Both the position numbers and the translations under genes were made by a program. The notes beneath the pieces are model-generated. The model saw only the letters and a list, made by a program, of their open reading frames with translations, ran no database searches and was not told where the DNA came from. This document shows, piece by piece, positions 23,688 to 24,915 of a stretch of DNA of 24,915 bases. This DNA is from a virus (lineage: Duplodnaviria; Caudoviricetes): positions 1 to 24,915 of IMG/VR virus record IMGVR_UViG_3300033076_000611; one strand, written 5' to 3'. Every line of letters starts with the position of its first letter. Position 1 is the stretch's first letter.

Positions 23688-24915
23688 CCCCTGGCAACGC
23701 CCGCACTCCGGGGTTTGCGAGCAGCGTTTCAACGCCTTGCGGGTTCAGCAGAAGCTTGGCCAGTAACTTGCTGTTCAGCGCCGTGTTAGCCATGCGCCCG
23801 CCCGCCATTGTCCCGCCCGCCAGAATCGCAGCTTGAAGCCCTCCGGGGAGCCCCAGCGGCCCAGCAGCAAGCGCGCCCAATTGCGCCGAAGTGAAAACCC
23901 GCTGCATTGCGCCGTGCGGGTTTTCTCGCGTTTTGACGAACTGCGCCGCAATGTCGGCAACATCCTGCAGGTCTTTGGATTTCGTGTTGCGCAACGCGCC
24001 AAGCCGGCCCGCCGTGATTTCGCCTTCAGCGCCGTTCGGGGCAATCTTCTGCAGCGTCTTCATGTTCCCGTACTGCTCGCGCACCTTGCTGAAGGCGGCG
24101 GCTTCCTGCGGGCCAAGGGAGCGATTCAGCGCGTCGATTAGGTTGTTGCGCACGCCCTGCGCATAGAACGCTTCCGGGGTGTTGCGAGTCGCCACGCGGT
24201 CGAGGGTTTTCTTGAGGTTGTAGAACGCCTGCCCGTCAATCGCGCCATTCTGGCCAGCCTTCGCCAGTGCGTCGTTTATCTGGTTGTCGATGATGGCGGC
24301 TTGCGCCGGCACCAGTTCCGCATTGGCGCGCTGACTTGCCGTGGCAAGGTCGTTCAGGAGTTGCTGGTCAACCGTGACGGCGGTACTGCTTAAGGTCGAA
24401 TCGAACTTCGCGCCGAGGTTGGCGCGAGCCGAGCGCAACGCCTGCGCCAAATTTGCAGTGTCCTCGCCCATCGTGCGCGAGGCGGCGCGGTTCAGTCCAG
24501 ACAGCATCGAGTCTTCGGTGGCGGCGCGGCCGCTCAGCGGGATGTAGCGCAGGGAGGCGGCAAGAGCATTTGCCAGCGGGCTGTTGGTCAGTCGGTCGAT
24601 TGGCACGTTGATGCCAGCCGCCTGCGCTTTTTGGTAGAGACTGGCGACAGCAGGCGACACGTTGAGCGAGGCCGCTTTCCCAAGCGCGCCAGCCAACTGC
24701 GTTGCGCCAGGGAGCGCGCCGCCGATGGCCGCGCCCATCCCCGCGTTTTCGGGGTCAAGCATCGCAGAGGAGACACCGCCAGTGAGCGCGCCGGCACCGG
24801 CCCGCGTTGCCGCGTTGGCGATAGCGCCACCCGCAGCGCCGCCGCCAAGACTAAAACCGCCAGACTCAAGCGCCGGAGCAAATCGGGCGAGCATCGGCAA
24901 GGCTGTTGCGCCCTT
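23656..24915 (-). CDS. DNA ejection / internal virion protein, 5' end outside the window
   Basis: Ala/Gly-rich helical protein open to the window edge; positioned before the tail fibre as in P22-like phages. Confidence 0.72.
   Translation of the reverse strand, partial: KGATALPMLARFAPALESGGFSLGGGAAGGAIANAATRAGAGALTGGVSSAMLDPENAGMGAAIGGALPGATQLAGALGKAASLNVSPAVASLYQKAQAAGINVPIDRLTNSPLANALAASLRYIPLSGRAATEDSMLSGLNRAASRTMGEDTANLAQALRSARANLGAKFDSTLSSTAVTVDQQLLNDLATASQRANAELVPAQAAIIDNQINDALAKAGQNGAIDGQAFYNLKKTLDRVATRNTPEAFYAQGVRNNLIDALNRSLGPQEAAAFSKVREQYGNMKTLQKIAPNGAEGEITAGRLGALRNTKSKDLQDVADIAAQFVKTRENPHGAMQRVFTSAQLGALAAGPLGLPGGLQAAILAGGTMAGGRMANTALNSKLLAKLLLNPQGVETLLANPGVRALPGATLAAQGSQQ

Overview
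About 25 kb of a GC-rich temperate, P22/lambdoid-organised, podovirus-like phage, most likely infecting a proteobacterium. It is in its excised (circular or free) form: an intact attP carrying the 3' half of tRNA-Leu(TAA) has phage genes on both sides. The left part (minus strand) holds late/head genes (a virion protein cut by the window edge, portal, lectin-SGNH esterase, terL, terS), a Q-like antiterminator, a nin-like region with a C5 DNA methyltransferase and RusA, replication genes with an iteron origin, cII and cro. The middle (plus strand) holds cI, an early operon with ERF, a YqaJ exonuclease, an SSB-like protein and many small ORFs, then xis, int and attP. The right part (minus strand) holds a metallophosphoesterase, lysis genes, a tail fibre and a DNA-ejection-type protein. 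The most notable signal is a C5 methyltransferase split over two fully overlapping reading frames behind one Shine-Dalgarno sequence. Other signals are unannotated micro-ORFs, a repeated beta-rich module inserted into two virion proteins, and a switch-like structured region next to OL. All family assignments come from motif recognition by eye; no database searches were run.
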